A stretch of DNA of 63,953 bases, filler included, from Lama guanicoe (taxonomy: Eukaryota): the NCBI GenBank assembly GCA_013239625.1. It is 189 parts of 189 records of this genome, joined end to end, with 100 filler letters (N's around TTAATTAATTAA, not from the genome) between each part and the next. Parts side by side here need not be neighbours in the genome. Positions count along the whole stretch, not along the records: positions 24,391 to 24,629 come from PNXV01046007.1; positions 24,730 to 24,968 come from PNXV01046008.1; positions 25,069 to 25,307 come from PNXV01046009.1; positions 25,408 to 25,646 come from PNXV01046010.1; positions 25,747 to 25,985 come from PNXV01046011.1; positions 26,086 to 26,324 come from PNXV01046012.1; positions 26,425 to 26,663 come from PNXV01046013.1; positions 26,764 to 27,002 come from PNXV01046014.1; 181 more parts are not named here. One strand, given 5' to 3'. The notes below the pieces were generated by a model. It had not been told where the DNA came from. It did no database searches and saw nothing but the letters and a program-made list of their open reading frames with translations. This document shows positions 24,391 to 35,816 of this stretch, piece after piece (position 1 is the stretch's first letter; the number at the start of each line of letters is the position of its first letter). Position numbers and translations under genes: made by a program.

Positions 24391-24629
24391 AGCGCCCCGC
24401 CCACGCCCGGCGCCGGCGCCGCGCACTCGGCGTGCCGGTTCCGGAAGCGGGGTCGAGGCGCACGTCGGGCTGCGCCGGCGCGCCGACGTCTCCCTAAAGG
24501 ACCAATGAACGGAGGGGTGGGCGGGTCGTAGCTGTGCCCGGCTTCCGGTTCCGGCGCGCGGCCCCCTGTGCGGCGGCTCCTGTGCTACGTGTCACTGGTG
24601 CTCAGGCCGACGGCGGGCAGGTGAGGGGG
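24391..24629 (+). promoter_or_regulatory. CpG-island housekeeping-type promoter and short first exon
   Basis: Dense CpG, tandem ETS-like motifs (CCGGTTCCGGAAG, CTTCCGGTTCCGG), CCAAT, GC box GGGTGGGCGG, and a CAG|GTGAG donor near 24620. Confidence 0.75.
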
Positions 24630-26934
24630 NNNNNNNNNNNNNNNNNNNNNNNNNNNNNNNNNNNNNNNNNNNNTTAATTAATTAANNNNNNNNNNNNNNN
24701 NNNNNNNNNNNNNNNNNNNNNNNNNNNNNTACCTGTAACTGGAAAGTGACATAAAAAGAACCATGATTTCAATTGGTGGCAAAATACAAAGAAAGGTAAT
24801 ACTATCATGGTTTATTCCCATCATTCGCTATTGAAAGAAATACTGCATTTCAGTTAGTCATTAGTGACTCAATTGGTAAGACCTCAAGCTAGGAATTCTG
24901 GTAGAGGAGATACATAGGCGCCAATCCCTGTGCTGGACGATTTACCAGGACCTCCTGTAAGTAAGTGTNNNNNNNNNNNNNNNNNNNNNNNNNNNNNNNN
25001 NNNNNNNNNNNNTTAATTAATTAANNNNNNNNNNNNNNNNNNNNNNNNNNNNNNNNNNNNNNNNNNNNCCCAGTTTTGCTGTGAGTGGAAGGTTTGTGGG
25101 GATCATGCTGAGGAGCCGAGAGGATGGAAGGTTCAGGAGACGGTCAGGTCCTGCTCTCCAAGGGCCGTGACCTATGACTGATTTTACCATGTTCACTGGT
25201 TAGTAACTTTCCATCAGGACACAGTGTCTGTTCTCTGAGTGCATTACTGACTCACAACGATGGCTTCAGAAGCCACTGGCTTAGTTGCAAGTCAGAACCG
25301 AGCTGACNNNNNNNNNNNNNNNNNNNNNNNNNNNNNNNNNNNNNNNNNNNNTTAATTAATTAANNNNNNNNNNNNNNNNNNNNNNNNNNNNNNNNNNNNN
25401 NNNNNNNGTCTGCTCAAATGCCACTGTAAGCGGAGCTATAGGCTGGTCTGTGCAGCTGCCAGCGTGCTCTGGTTAGGTTCATTGGTTGGGTGGCTGAAGG
25501 CCGCACTCAGGAGTGGGCAGGGACACAGACGAGCTTCCCTGCCTGGCCAGAGTGGTTAGCACGCTGGGGACTTGCAGACACCTAAAGGTTCTCTTCACAG
25601 GAAAAAAAAGCCCTTTTTTGTAACTATATGGGGTGATGGACCTGCANNNNNNNNNNNNNNNNNNNNNNNNNNNNNNNNNNNNNNNNNNNNTTAATTAATT
25701 AANNNNNNNNNNNNNNNNNNNNNNNNNNNNNNNNNNNNNNNNNNNNGTCTCATGATGTTCTTTTGGGTGCAGTTGAAAAATATAGGTTGGATGAAGTACT
25801 GGGTCATTGATAAGCAATGGTTTTTCAAAATCTGGAAGAAGGTATATCTTTCTTGATTTTTCCCTTTGTCCTCCCTTATTAAACATTTTGATTGGTGATT
25901 TGATCAATAATATAGAAAGAAATGCTAATAAAAATACAGTAGACCCCAGGAATACTTGGATGTCAGAATCAGGTTTTAGTAATTTNNNNNNNNNNNNNNN
26001 NNNNNNNNNNNNNNNNNNNNNNNNNNNNNTTAATTAATTAANNNNNNNNNNNNNNNNNNNNNNNNNNNNNNNNNNNNNNNNNNNNGAAAAGTAAACAGAG
26101 TCCAAGAAAATGTAAAATGTGTATTGTGAAAAGAGACATGTCTGAAAAATGGATTTTAAGGGAAATATAGGTATAAGAGGCATGCAAGAGAAATGTAAGA
26201 CGGGATTAAATAAAAATAGAAATGATTTTAACTATTGCCCACTCACAATGATATCATCATTTATATCATATTTTATATATATATACACGCATATATATAA
26301 ATGATGAGATTCTTACTCCAGAAANNNNNNNNNNNNNNNNNNNNNNNNNNNNNNNNNNNNNNNNNNNNTTAATTAATTAANNNNNNNNNNNNNNNNNNNN
26401 NNNNNNNNNNNNNNNNNNNNNNNNAAACAATGGAAGCAGGGCAAGGTAAGCTGATGGGAAGCCAGTGGGAAGAAGGCTGCTGACCTGGAAAGAGACACCA
26501 AGGTTGGGCTGGGATGATGGCAGCAGATGGGCTGAAATGGGGACAAGACTTGACAATAATGTTCACAGGCCTTAATGCTCGAGTTGGACACAGAGAGACA
26601 CAGAGTGGTTCAGGGTGATGAGTATGTGATATTTGGGGCTGAGTCACAGTTTTTGTGCAGAGANNNNNNNNNNNNNNNNNNNNNNNNNNNNNNNNNNNNN
26701 NNNNNNNTTAATTAATTAANNNNNNNNNNNNNNNNNNNNNNNNNNNNNNNNNNNNNNNNNNNNTTTGTAAGATAATCTTTTAACAAGTGGAGGGAAAGGA
26801 TTCTGCAGGAGGGAGGTGCTCTACTGAGGTTCAGACCTATGGTGCTCTTCGTCCCATTCCCCAGTGTAGATGATCACGAAGACATTGTAAGAGACAAATG
26901 TTTGGTAGATACCTAGACGATTGTTGGACAGATG

Positions 26935-27002
26935 TGTGGACAGATGGATGGACGGGTGGATGAATGGATGGATGGTTGGATGGGTGGTTGGATGCATGGA
27001 TG
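26935..27002. repeat. (TGGA)n simple repeat
   Basis: Seen directly. Confidence 0.9.
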
Positions 27003-27447
27003 NNNNNNNNNNNNNNNNNNNNNNNNNNNNNNNNNNNNNNNNNNNNTTAATTAATTAANNNNNNNNNNNNNNNNNNNNNNNNNNNNNNNNNNNNNNNNNN
27101 NNCAAGAGACTTCTTTCTATCTTCACTACTGCTGCCTTGGTTGTGACCACTGTCATATCAAGTCTGGACTGCTGCACTAGCCTCCTCACAGACCTCCCCA
27201 CTGCTTCCAATCCATTTTCCTCACACTGGCAAATACATCACATTCCTTCCCTGCTTAATAGCCTTCAAGGAATCACCAAAGCAGTTCAAAACGAGAAAGA
27301 ACTGGCACTGGAATGACTGGATAAACATCTGGAAGAAACGANNNNNNNNNNNNNNNNNNNNNNNNNNNNNNNNNNNNNNNNNNNNTTAATTAATTAANNN
27401 NNNNNNNNNNNNNNNNNNNNNNNNNNNNNNNNNNNNNNNNNCAAAAC

Positions 27448-27680
27448 TGTTGACTGAAATACATGTGCAGCTTAAAAGTTAAGAGTTATGATTTATTTGG
27501 CAGGAGGACTCGAGCCAGGATGACAGCCCCTCAGATTTCTCTGAGGGACTGCTCCAAAGATGTTGAGTAGGAGCTAGGATATATAGGAGCTTTACAACAA
27601 AGATCAGGTTGTTGGAGCAATAAAATATTGTTTTGTTATCTAAAGAAAGCCAGGTATCTCAAGTTCAAGAATTTAGTGCT
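27448..27680 (-). mobile_element. MER41-like ERV1 LTR, 3' end
   Basis: tgttgactgaaa...aaaagttaagagttatgatttatttggc...ctctgagggactgctccaaaga...ggatatataggag...tatctcaagtt resembles recalled laurasiatherian MER41-type LTRs, with a TG terminus at 27448. Confidence 0.7.
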
Positions 27681-29967
27681 NNNNNNNNNNNNNNNNNNNN
27701 NNNNNNNNNNNNNNNNNNNNNNNNTTAATTAATTAANNNNNNNNNNNNNNNNNNNNNNNNNNNNNNNNNNNNNNNNNNNNCATGGAAACTATCCTGACTA
27801 TTCTATTAAAACAGGAAAAACTGAGAAATATTATAGATTATTCAAAATTTAAACTCATAACCACAATAATTGCTGAACACATGTTTAAGTACATAATCAA
27901 ATGCAGTCTGACTTGTGTGGATTTAGGGAATGTTATTACCAAACGTGTGCTCTTCACAATGGGGTGAAATCACAGCCCACGTGCTTCCAAGGCGTCCGCA
28001 CACCAAGCCCCGAGTTGTTNNNNNNNNNNNNNNNNNNNNNNNNNNNNNNNNNNNNNNNNNNNNTTAATTAATTAANNNNNNNNNNNNNNNNNNNNNNNNN
28101 NNNNNNNNNNNNNNNNNNNCTCTTTCTGTCCTTCTGATCCCTCCCTCCAAGAGGAAGTCTCCATTAGCGCTAAGAGAGCTTGAACGCCTTTCTAACATTC
28201 ATCAGTTTCTCTTTTCCATGGAGAAAGAGCAAGTCTTAGAGTGGAAGCCTCATGTAGGTAACAGCATCTCACTTGAATGTACAAAGTTCAGTGGTTCCCT
28301 TGTGTTTGATCGTGTATTTATTTTCTAATTCTGGCAGGTGTTTGCCAATGACACCTGANNNNNNNNNNNNNNNNNNNNNNNNNNNNNNNNNNNNNNNNNN
28401 NNTTAATTAATTAANNNNNNNNNNNNNNNNNNNNNNNNNNNNNNNNNNNNNNNNNNNNGTTTTAATCAAAGACAGGAACTCCAGGAAACTTTAAAATTAA
28501 AACAATATAAATTGTTGGTATGAAAGTACTTCCAGTTATTTATGTTATGAGTTATTGGCAATAGGAGTTAAACAGATTCAGAGTAGAAGGGAGCGTCTAG
28601 CAATCTAACAGTGTATATTTCATAATGTTTCACTTGGGAATTTCCAATAATACTGCAGGTAAAATGTAACTGCAACAAGAGAGCATTTATTTGTTGCNNN
28701 NNNNNNNNNNNNNNNNNNNNNNNNNNNNNNNNNNNNNNNNNTTAATTAATTAANNNNNNNNNNNNNNNNNNNNNNNNNNNNNNNNNNNNNNNNNNNNTAT
28801 CTTTTACTGAACGTCTCTTCTTTGGATAAGCATATATTGCTGAAATAACCGGTATATAAAATGAAAGATCTTTATGTTTCAATTAAGTGTTAAAGATCAG
28901 TATTATGCTTCTAGGATGTTAGGGAGGGGAAAAAATCAACATATAGATCTCTGAGGAGAAGGGAGAGAATAAGTAGAATAGTTCTGTCTGACAGAATAGT
29001 GCAGTGACAGCTGCTTTGGACTCATAAACGAGACGTNNNNNNNNNNNNNNNNNNNNNNNNNNNNNNNNNNNNNNNNNNNNTTAATTAATTAANNNNNNNN
29101 NNNNNNNNNNNNNNNNNNNNNNNNNNNNNNNNNNNNCCCAGAGAAGCAGGGGCTTTGTCGGAGGTCACACTGAGCTGATGGACTCCGTCCAGGGCCTGCT
29201 GCTGTCAGAAATCTAGGGTGCTTGCCTGCATTCTCTCATCCATTCATCTATTTGCAACAAATGGATATGTGTGCTTTTGCCCACAAAACCCTCGGCACTA
29301 TGCTAAGGACTGGGCAAAAGCACGAGTGAGTTACGAGTTCTGGAAGATGGGAGAGTGTGGTTGAGTGCTGGTCCTNNNNNNNNNNNNNNNNNNNNNNNNN
29401 NNNNNNNNNNNNNNNNNNNTTAATTAATTAANNNNNNNNNNNNNNNNNNNNNNNNNNNNNNNNNNNNNNNNNNNNGTGGCAACTCTGAGAACCTGTGCCC
29501 TCTGGAGGTGCCAGGGCATGGGGGCCAGAAATGTGAGGACCACGTGCTGGCAGGTGGATTGTAGTGTGTCAGAGGGAGTCCTGACCTGACTCAGACCTGC
29601 TCGAACACTCCTGGCCTCATTTCAGCGCCTCTGAGTGTTCCTGCATATCTCTCACAGTCCAGCCTGGTGGCTTCCTTCCTGGGCCTGTGGACACCAGGTC
29701 ATTCCTGACTCCTGNNNNNNNNNNNNNNNNNNNNNNNNNNNNNNNNNNNNNNNNNNNNTTAATTAATTAANNNNNNNNNNNNNNNNNNNNNNNNNNNNNN
29801 NNNNNNNNNNNNNNGGGTCAAAAATGAGAGGAGAGGGAACCCTGTGGAGACAGGGGACGGGAAAGGAGTCGGGGTGGGGGCATTCAGTGCAGGAAACAGG
29901 AGATGGTGCTCCAGAAGCCAGTGGGAGGGTTTTGGTAAGTGAGGAGTTAGGGCCTGAAAGAGGTCTT

Positions 29968-30053
29968 TATTATTAGAGAAATGCAAGTCAAAACTATAAG
30001 GAGGTATCACCTCACACCAGTCAGAATAACCATCATTAAAAAGTGCACAAACA
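29968..30053 (+). mobile_element. LINE-1 ORF2 fragment (5'-truncated insertion start)
   Basis: attagagaaatgcaagtcaaaactataaggaggtatcacctcacaccagtcagaat (IREMQVKT..YHLTPVR). Confidence 0.88.
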
Positions 30054-31170
30054 NNNNNNNNNNNNNNNNNNNNNNNNNNNNNNNNNNNNNNNNNNNNTTA
30101 ATTAATTAANNNNNNNNNNNNNNNNNNNNNNNNNNNNNNNNNNNNNNNNNNNNAATGAGGGAGGGGTGGTGGCACTGAAACACAGCAAGTGAGGCCAGGC
30201 AGCTAGAAGCATCAGACGTCCACTACCGACAGGGACCCCCAAGAGAGGAGGCCAGTGGGACTCAGAGTTAGCATAGGACCAGCAACAAACCTGGGAGAGA
30301 CCAGGAAACACAAAGGGGAGTAGATGGATAAAGAGAAAAAAGGTACAGATGTAAGAAAAGGATGCAGAGGAGAGAAGGTACATTAAAAAAAANNNNNNNN
30401 NNNNNNNNNNNNNNNNNNNNNNNNNNNNNNNNNNNNTTAATTAATTAANNNNNNNNNNNNNNNNNNNNNNNNNNNNNNNNNNNNNNNNNNNNGTTCTAAT
30501 TCTGACCACTCTTTCCGTCCGCTCCTGTCTGCTGTTGGTAACCCGAGTGGTCCCGAATGTACTTCAGAGCATTGAAGTAGACTTTAAAAACGGTGAAGAT
30601 AGTAAGTTCATGTTATGTGTATTTTATCGAAGAGCAAAATGAAATAAAATTTGAAATTTAAAAAGAATCCTCCAAGAGCTGCCTGCTGGATTTTCCTTTC
30701 TGAGTCTTTTTTTTTTTTTTCAAGTCAGAACNNNNNNNNNNNNNNNNNNNNNNNNNNNNNNNNNNNNNNNNNNNNTTAATTAATTAANNNNNNNNNNNNN
30801 NNNNNNNNNNNNNNNNNNNNNNNNNNNNNNNGCAACCTCTGCACCCCAGAGACCACTGAGAGTATCCAAAGGCATCAGTGATATGCTTGCCTCCCTGCCT
30901 CATTCATTCGTTCCCCCCAAAACCACAATGAAGCCTCTCACCCATGTTTAATTCCCCTTCTCTCTGCCTCCTGAGTCACCCTGCTGCTTCCCCGAGTGGG
31001 CCTGTGTGGTGTGACACGCCCGCATCTCTCAGTAGCTGGGAGGAAAAAACTGTCTTTTCAGTGGCGCTCANNNNNNNNNNNNNNNNNNNNNNNNNNNNNN
31101 NNNNNNNNNNNNNNTTAATTAATTAANNNNNNNNNNNNNNNNNNNNNNNNNNNNNNNNNNNNNNNNNNNN

Positions 31171-31340
31171 AAATCCTCAGTCTGCCACGCACCCGTGATG
31201 TCTGGAGGCTGCTTAGCATCTCTAAGCCTCAGTTTCCGCATCCATGAAATGGGGCCAGTACTCCCTACTGATGGGGTGGTTGTGAGGTCCTAATGAGATA
31301 CTGTACCGTAAAGGGCTCTTCAGTACTCAGTCAACGATGA
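31171..31340. mobile_element. MIR SINE
   Basis: Core tctctaagcctcagtttccgcatccatgaaatgggg...ggttgtgaggtcctaatgagata. Weaker MIRs occur near 6430-6600, 10230-10393, 22696-22800 and 44510-44630. Confidence 0.85.
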
Positions 31341-32526
31341 TTGATTTACAAATAAAAAATATTTCCTAATTGAAGTGTAAATTCAACTGCTTAATGAGTG
31401 AGGTTGTTANNNNNNNNNNNNNNNNNNNNNNNNNNNNNNNNNNNNNNNNNNNNTTAATTAATTAANNNNNNNNNNNNNNNNNNNNNNNNNNNNNNNNNNN
31501 NNNNNNNNNCATGGTAAGTGGCCTAGACCTCTACCCGAGCAGTCCCCTGCTTCCACACTTAATGCATTATATGAACATACCCATCAAAATCAAGTGTGCC
31601 ACAGGCTTACTCTTAACAGAGTATTGCTGACCATCCAATTACATCTGATTCCTGGGATTCAGATGATCAAGGTGGAACAGGGAGAGCGACTGCATTATCA
31701 GACCCTCTCTGGCTCCCTTCTTCCAGGTAGTGAGTGGCAAGAGTTCAGNNNNNNNNNNNNNNNNNNNNNNNNNNNNNNNNNNNNNNNNNNNNTTAATTAA
31801 TTAANNNNNNNNNNNNNNNNNNNNNNNNNNNNNNNNNNNNNNNNNNNNATTTTTAGTAAATATCCATTCCCTTCCTAATCCGCATTGATTGTTTATAAAT
31901 CTTTATACTAATATATGAGCAATTTTTATTGCAATTTAAATCTCTTTGTAGTATTTAATATATGTAGCTATAACAAAAATACGTGAAATAAAATGATTTG
32001 ATTTTTTTTCAATAAGCAAAACAAAAAAATAGAAAAGAAAAAAAGTTTTGAAAGAGTAGAAATAATTTTATTTCCGTGGAATCAATTNNNNNNNNNNNNN
32101 NNNNNNNNNNNNNNNNNNNNNNNNNNNNNNNTTAATTAATTAANNNNNNNNNNNNNNNNNNNNNNNNNNNNNNNNNNNNNNNNNNNNCAAGAGTTGTCCA
32201 CTGAGCCAGGTCAGCCCTCCCCTCTTCACAGCTACACGTATTGCAGTCACCACACCACCCACTGTATGGTCCACTTCCTGAGTATTTTCTGAACAAAGAA
32301 TTTTCAATAACCACGTCTTGTTCCTCTGAATTATTTCTCCTTATTTCCTGTCTGTTTCTCTCCAACTCATCTAAAATGGTGATCTTCTGAATTATATAGC
32401 ATCTCCCCTCTGTTCAGCCCAAACCANNNNNNNNNNNNNNNNNNNNNNNNNNNNNNNNNNNNNNNNNNNNTTAATTAATTAANNNNNNNNNNNNNNNNNN
32501 NNNNNNNNNNNNNNNNNNNNNNNNNN

Positions 32527-32658
32527 ACGGACTGCCGCCAGACAGGCAGCTCCAGGTACCCCAACTGTGTATACAAGACTACCAAGCTGCAGAAGCGCAT
32601 CATTGTGGCCTGTGAGGGGAACGTGTCCGTGCCAGTGCACTTGGATGCTTTTGTGTAG
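32527..32658 (+). CDS. RNASE1: Pancreatic-type ribonuclease (RNase 1-like), C-terminal 43 residues; divergent paralogue
   Basis: [43 protein letters not shown] aligns without gaps to RNase A residues 82-124, keeping C84, C95, C110, H119 and D121. Downstream sequence resembles the artiodactyl RNASE1 3'UTR. Missed by the ORF track because it has no start codon. Confidence 0.92.
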   Translation, partial: TDCRQTGSSRYPNCVYKTTKLQKRIIVACEGNVSVPVHLDAFV

Positions 32659-32865
32659 ATGCCCACCTGAGGCCTGAGCAGCGACATACCCCACCTCATC
32701 ACCAAGGCATCTTTCTCTCCCCTCTTGCTTACTTGCCCTGAGGGCAACTATCCAGCATGCACACANNNNNNNNNNNNNNNNNNNNNNNNNNNNNNNNNNN
32801 NNNNNNNNNTTAATTAATTAANNNNNNNNNNNNNNNNNNNNNNNNNNNNNNNNNNNNNNNNNNNN

Positions 32866-33104
32866 TGCTGCTGGTCAGACTGGATCAACGGGCATCACCC
32901 GAGCGGCGGCAGTGATGATGGAGACTGGGAGACATTCGACCACGTCTGCATGGCCCCCCTGGACATCGAGTGCCGGTCGGCCACAGAGCCCCACCTCAGC
33001 TGGCGGGAGCTGGGCCAGGAGACACAGTGCAATGTCTCCTTTGGGTTCATTTGCAAGAATGAAGACCAGTTTGGAAAGGGACCTTTTGCAGTCTGCTATG
33101 ACTA
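32866..33104 (+). CDS. MUC2: Mucin-2 CysD domain fragment
   Basis: CCWSDWINGHHPSGGSDDGDWETFDHVCMAPLDIECRSATEPHLSWRELGQETQCNVSFGFICKNEDQFGKGPFAVCYD matches recalled MUC2 CysD1 (WSDWINEDHPSSGSDDGDRETFDGVC...ICKNEDQFGNGPFGLCYD), with the WxxW motif. Open across the whole contig. Confidence 0.93.
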
Positions 33105-33231
33105 NNNNNNNNNNNNNNNNNNNNNNNNNNNNNNNNNNNNNNNNNNNNTTAATTAATTAANNNNNNNNNNNNNNNNNNNNNNNNNNNNNNNNNNNNNNNN
33201 NNNNAGTGTTTTTTTCTGCCTTGTATTTCAG

Positions 33232-33390
33232 GTTTTGAAACTAACATGAACCTCACGAGCCGAGATGATCTTGGTACACCAGACGTTGCATCAGAGACCC
33301 AAGATGGAAACGCGAATAACCACGGAATCCAGTTATCTAATTCACTCTCCAGTGCCAGCACCGCTGAAAATGGGAATCCTATCTCAAATG
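33232..33390 (+). CDS. Complete internal exon (159 nt, phase 1-1) of an unidentified gene
   Basis: Pyrimidine tract plus tttcag acceptor, ATG|GTAAG donor, length divisible by 3, and one open frame [52 protein letters not shown]. Confidence 0.7.
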
Positions 33391-33676
33391 GTAAGCACTC
33401 CTTCAAACTCAGAAGTGAGTAGGTACAAGCGTTAAGCTGTGCCNNNNNNNNNNNNNNNNNNNNNNNNNNNNNNNNNNNNNNNNNNNNTTAATTAATTAAN
33501 NNNNNNNNNNNNNNNNNNNNNNNNNNNNNNNNNNNNNNNNNNNCTGCCAAGTGAGACTGGCTCTGTAGTTGAAAAAATTGCTTTCCTAGAATTTCTGATG
33601 AATCAATGATGATGATGATTTTTGGCCCACATTTCTTTATTTTTAAAATGGTTGTTTATTTTTAAGAGACATTACA

Positions 33677-33782
33677 GGGGAAAGGGTATAGCTCAGTGAT
33701 AGAGCGCCTGTCTAGCATGCACAAGGTCCTGCATTCAATCCCCAGTACCTCCATTAAGAAAGAAAGAAATAAACCTAATTAC
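33677..33782 (+). mobile_element. Vic-1-type tRNA(Ala)-derived SINE, near full length
   Basis: ggggaaagggtatagctcagtgatagagcgcctgtctagcatgcacaaggtcctgcattcaatccccagtacctccatt...aaataaacctaattac, with A and B boxes. The tail is typical of camelid Vic-1. Confidence 0.9.
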
Positions 33783-34221
33783 NNNNNNNNNNNNNNNNNN
33801 NNNNNNNNNNNNNNNNNNNNNNNNNNTTAATTAATTAANNNNNNNNNNNNNNNNNNNNNNNNNNNNNNNNNNNNNNNNNNNNGCAAGATGACCCAAGCCT
33901 CACAGACAGGATGGAGACGGAGAAGCAGGGATGCAGGTATGTGAGTGAGCTTGGTCCGGGCGTCAGGGCCAGGCGCACTCGGCCTCCTGCCACACTGTCC
34001 TCGGTGTCAGGAGACGGATCCTGTCCACCTTCACCTGCGTGTCTCCGTCAGGCTGGTAGGAGCAGGGGGCTCGGGGCTGGCTGCAAGGGCCACGACGTGT
34101 GAGTCAGCCCCTTGGGAAGCGNNNNNNNNNNNNNNNNNNNNNNNNNNNNNNNNNNNNNNNNNNNNTTAATTAATTAANNNNNNNNNNNNNNNNNNNNNNN
34201 NNNNNNNNNNNNNNNNNNNNN

Positions 34222-34460
34222 TCACTTAGAATGACATTCTCTAGGGACATCCATGTTGTTGCAATTGGCATTATGTTGTCCATTTATATGGCTGAGTAGT
34301 ATTCTATTGTATATAACACAGGGAAATAAATTCAAGATCTTGTAGTAGCTTATGATGAAAAACAATGTGAAAATGAATGTATGTATATTCATTTATGACT
34401 GAAGAATTGTGCTGTACACCAGAAACCGACACAACATTGAAAACTGACTAGAAGTTAATT
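34222..34460. mobile_element. LINE-1 3' end with 5' inversion
   Basis: Antisense 3'UTR (34222 to about 34313) abuts a sense terminal segment (cacagggaaat...tgtgctgtacaccagaaa). Confidence 0.8.
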
Positions 34461-35730
34461 NNNNNNNNNNNNNNNNNNNNNNNNNNNNNNNNNNNNNNNN
34501 NNNNTTAATTAATTAANNNNNNNNNNNNNNNNNNNNNNNNNNNNNNNNNNNNNNNNNNNNTCAAATTACCGTGCCCCGAAACTGAGGGAAAACTCACGTG
34601 TTTTTGTCATCTGTCCAATCCCCATAATAGCAATTAGCTCTGTTTTTTTTTTTTTGTTTTGTTCTGCTGTGACACACAGAGGGGAATTCCTCCTCACAGC
34701 ACACATCCGCGGACTTGAGCAGATCACTGCCCTGGCATAGATAAGGCAGGCTCTGGGTTCCGCACCCTTTCCAAGATGTTAGCTTGGGTACTTTTGTGAN
34801 NNNNNNNNNNNNNNNNNNNNNNNNNNNNNNNNNNNNNNNNNNNTTAATTAATTAANNNNNNNNNNNNNNNNNNNNNNNNNNNNNNNNNNNNNNNNNNNNT
34901 CTGTGTGTGTCTCTCTCATGCAGTAGAATCTTTCATTGAATTCTTTCAGTTGAGGTCAAAAAAAGCTAGAATATGTTAATGATTATTAAAGAAAATGAAG
35001 CTTGTGTATACTTTCACTTTCAAACTGATCTGAAAGTTCTTTTGACTGTGGATATTTTAAATGAAATCGATCCATTTGAAGTGGATAGGACTTAAGCAAA
35101 ATTCCATTTGCTGTTACAAAAGAGCTAAGTCTTGAAGTNNNNNNNNNNNNNNNNNNNNNNNNNNNNNNNNNNNNNNNNNNNNTTAATTAATTAANNNNNN
35201 NNNNNNNNNNNNNNNNNNNNNNNNNNNNNNNNNNNNNNAAGGCCTAGCAGGATGCGGGTCTCTCCCAGGGCCCTCATCCCGGCCCACTGGGGCCACAGGG
35301 ACCAGGGAGGCCACAGCCTCCAGGCTGGGGCGCCAGGGTGGAAGGAAGCTGGGAGCCCTCTCACCATGTGCCATCTCTCCTGGGTGGCCAAGGCTGCCTG
35401 GCCACCATTAATTGGCTCTATTCATCCTGTAATGAGACGTAAACGAGGCTTCCAGACAGAGGGGGCATTGAGCCAGGNNNNNNNNNNNNNNNNNNNNNNN
35501 NNNNNNNNNNNNNNNNNNNNNTTAATTAATTAANNNNNNNNNNNNNNNNNNNNNNNNNNNNNNNNNNNNNNNNNNNNATCTGATTCCCTTAGCAGAGGAG
35601 GGTCAGCCTCCGCCATCCCGCTGGTCCGAGCAGGGCTAGGACCGTCCATGCTGTTGAAGATGCTGACACGGTTTGCCAAGACTGGCATGAACCACGGGGG
35701 TCCAGGAAAGGAGCAGTCCCTTGTGACCAT

Positions 35731-35816
35731 GGTGTGCTAGGGCCAGCTTGTAACAGCTCACCAGAGTCAGTTACTACATCTTCAGGAATTTTGCAAGCCA
35801 GTTGTTAACTCATTGG
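35731..35816. mobile_element. MER63-like hAT transposon end
   Basis: gtgtgctagggccagcttgtaacagctc...ttcaggaattttgcaagccagttgttaa. Confidence 0.6.

Noticed and set aside
32527..33390. Apparent cluster of RNase, MUC2 and an unknown exon as a gut-defence locus
   Set aside because: These are separate contigs placed together only by length sorting.
33677..33755. tRNA-Ala gene
   Set aside because: The B-box and stems are degenerate and it carries the Vic-1 tail, so it is a SINE.
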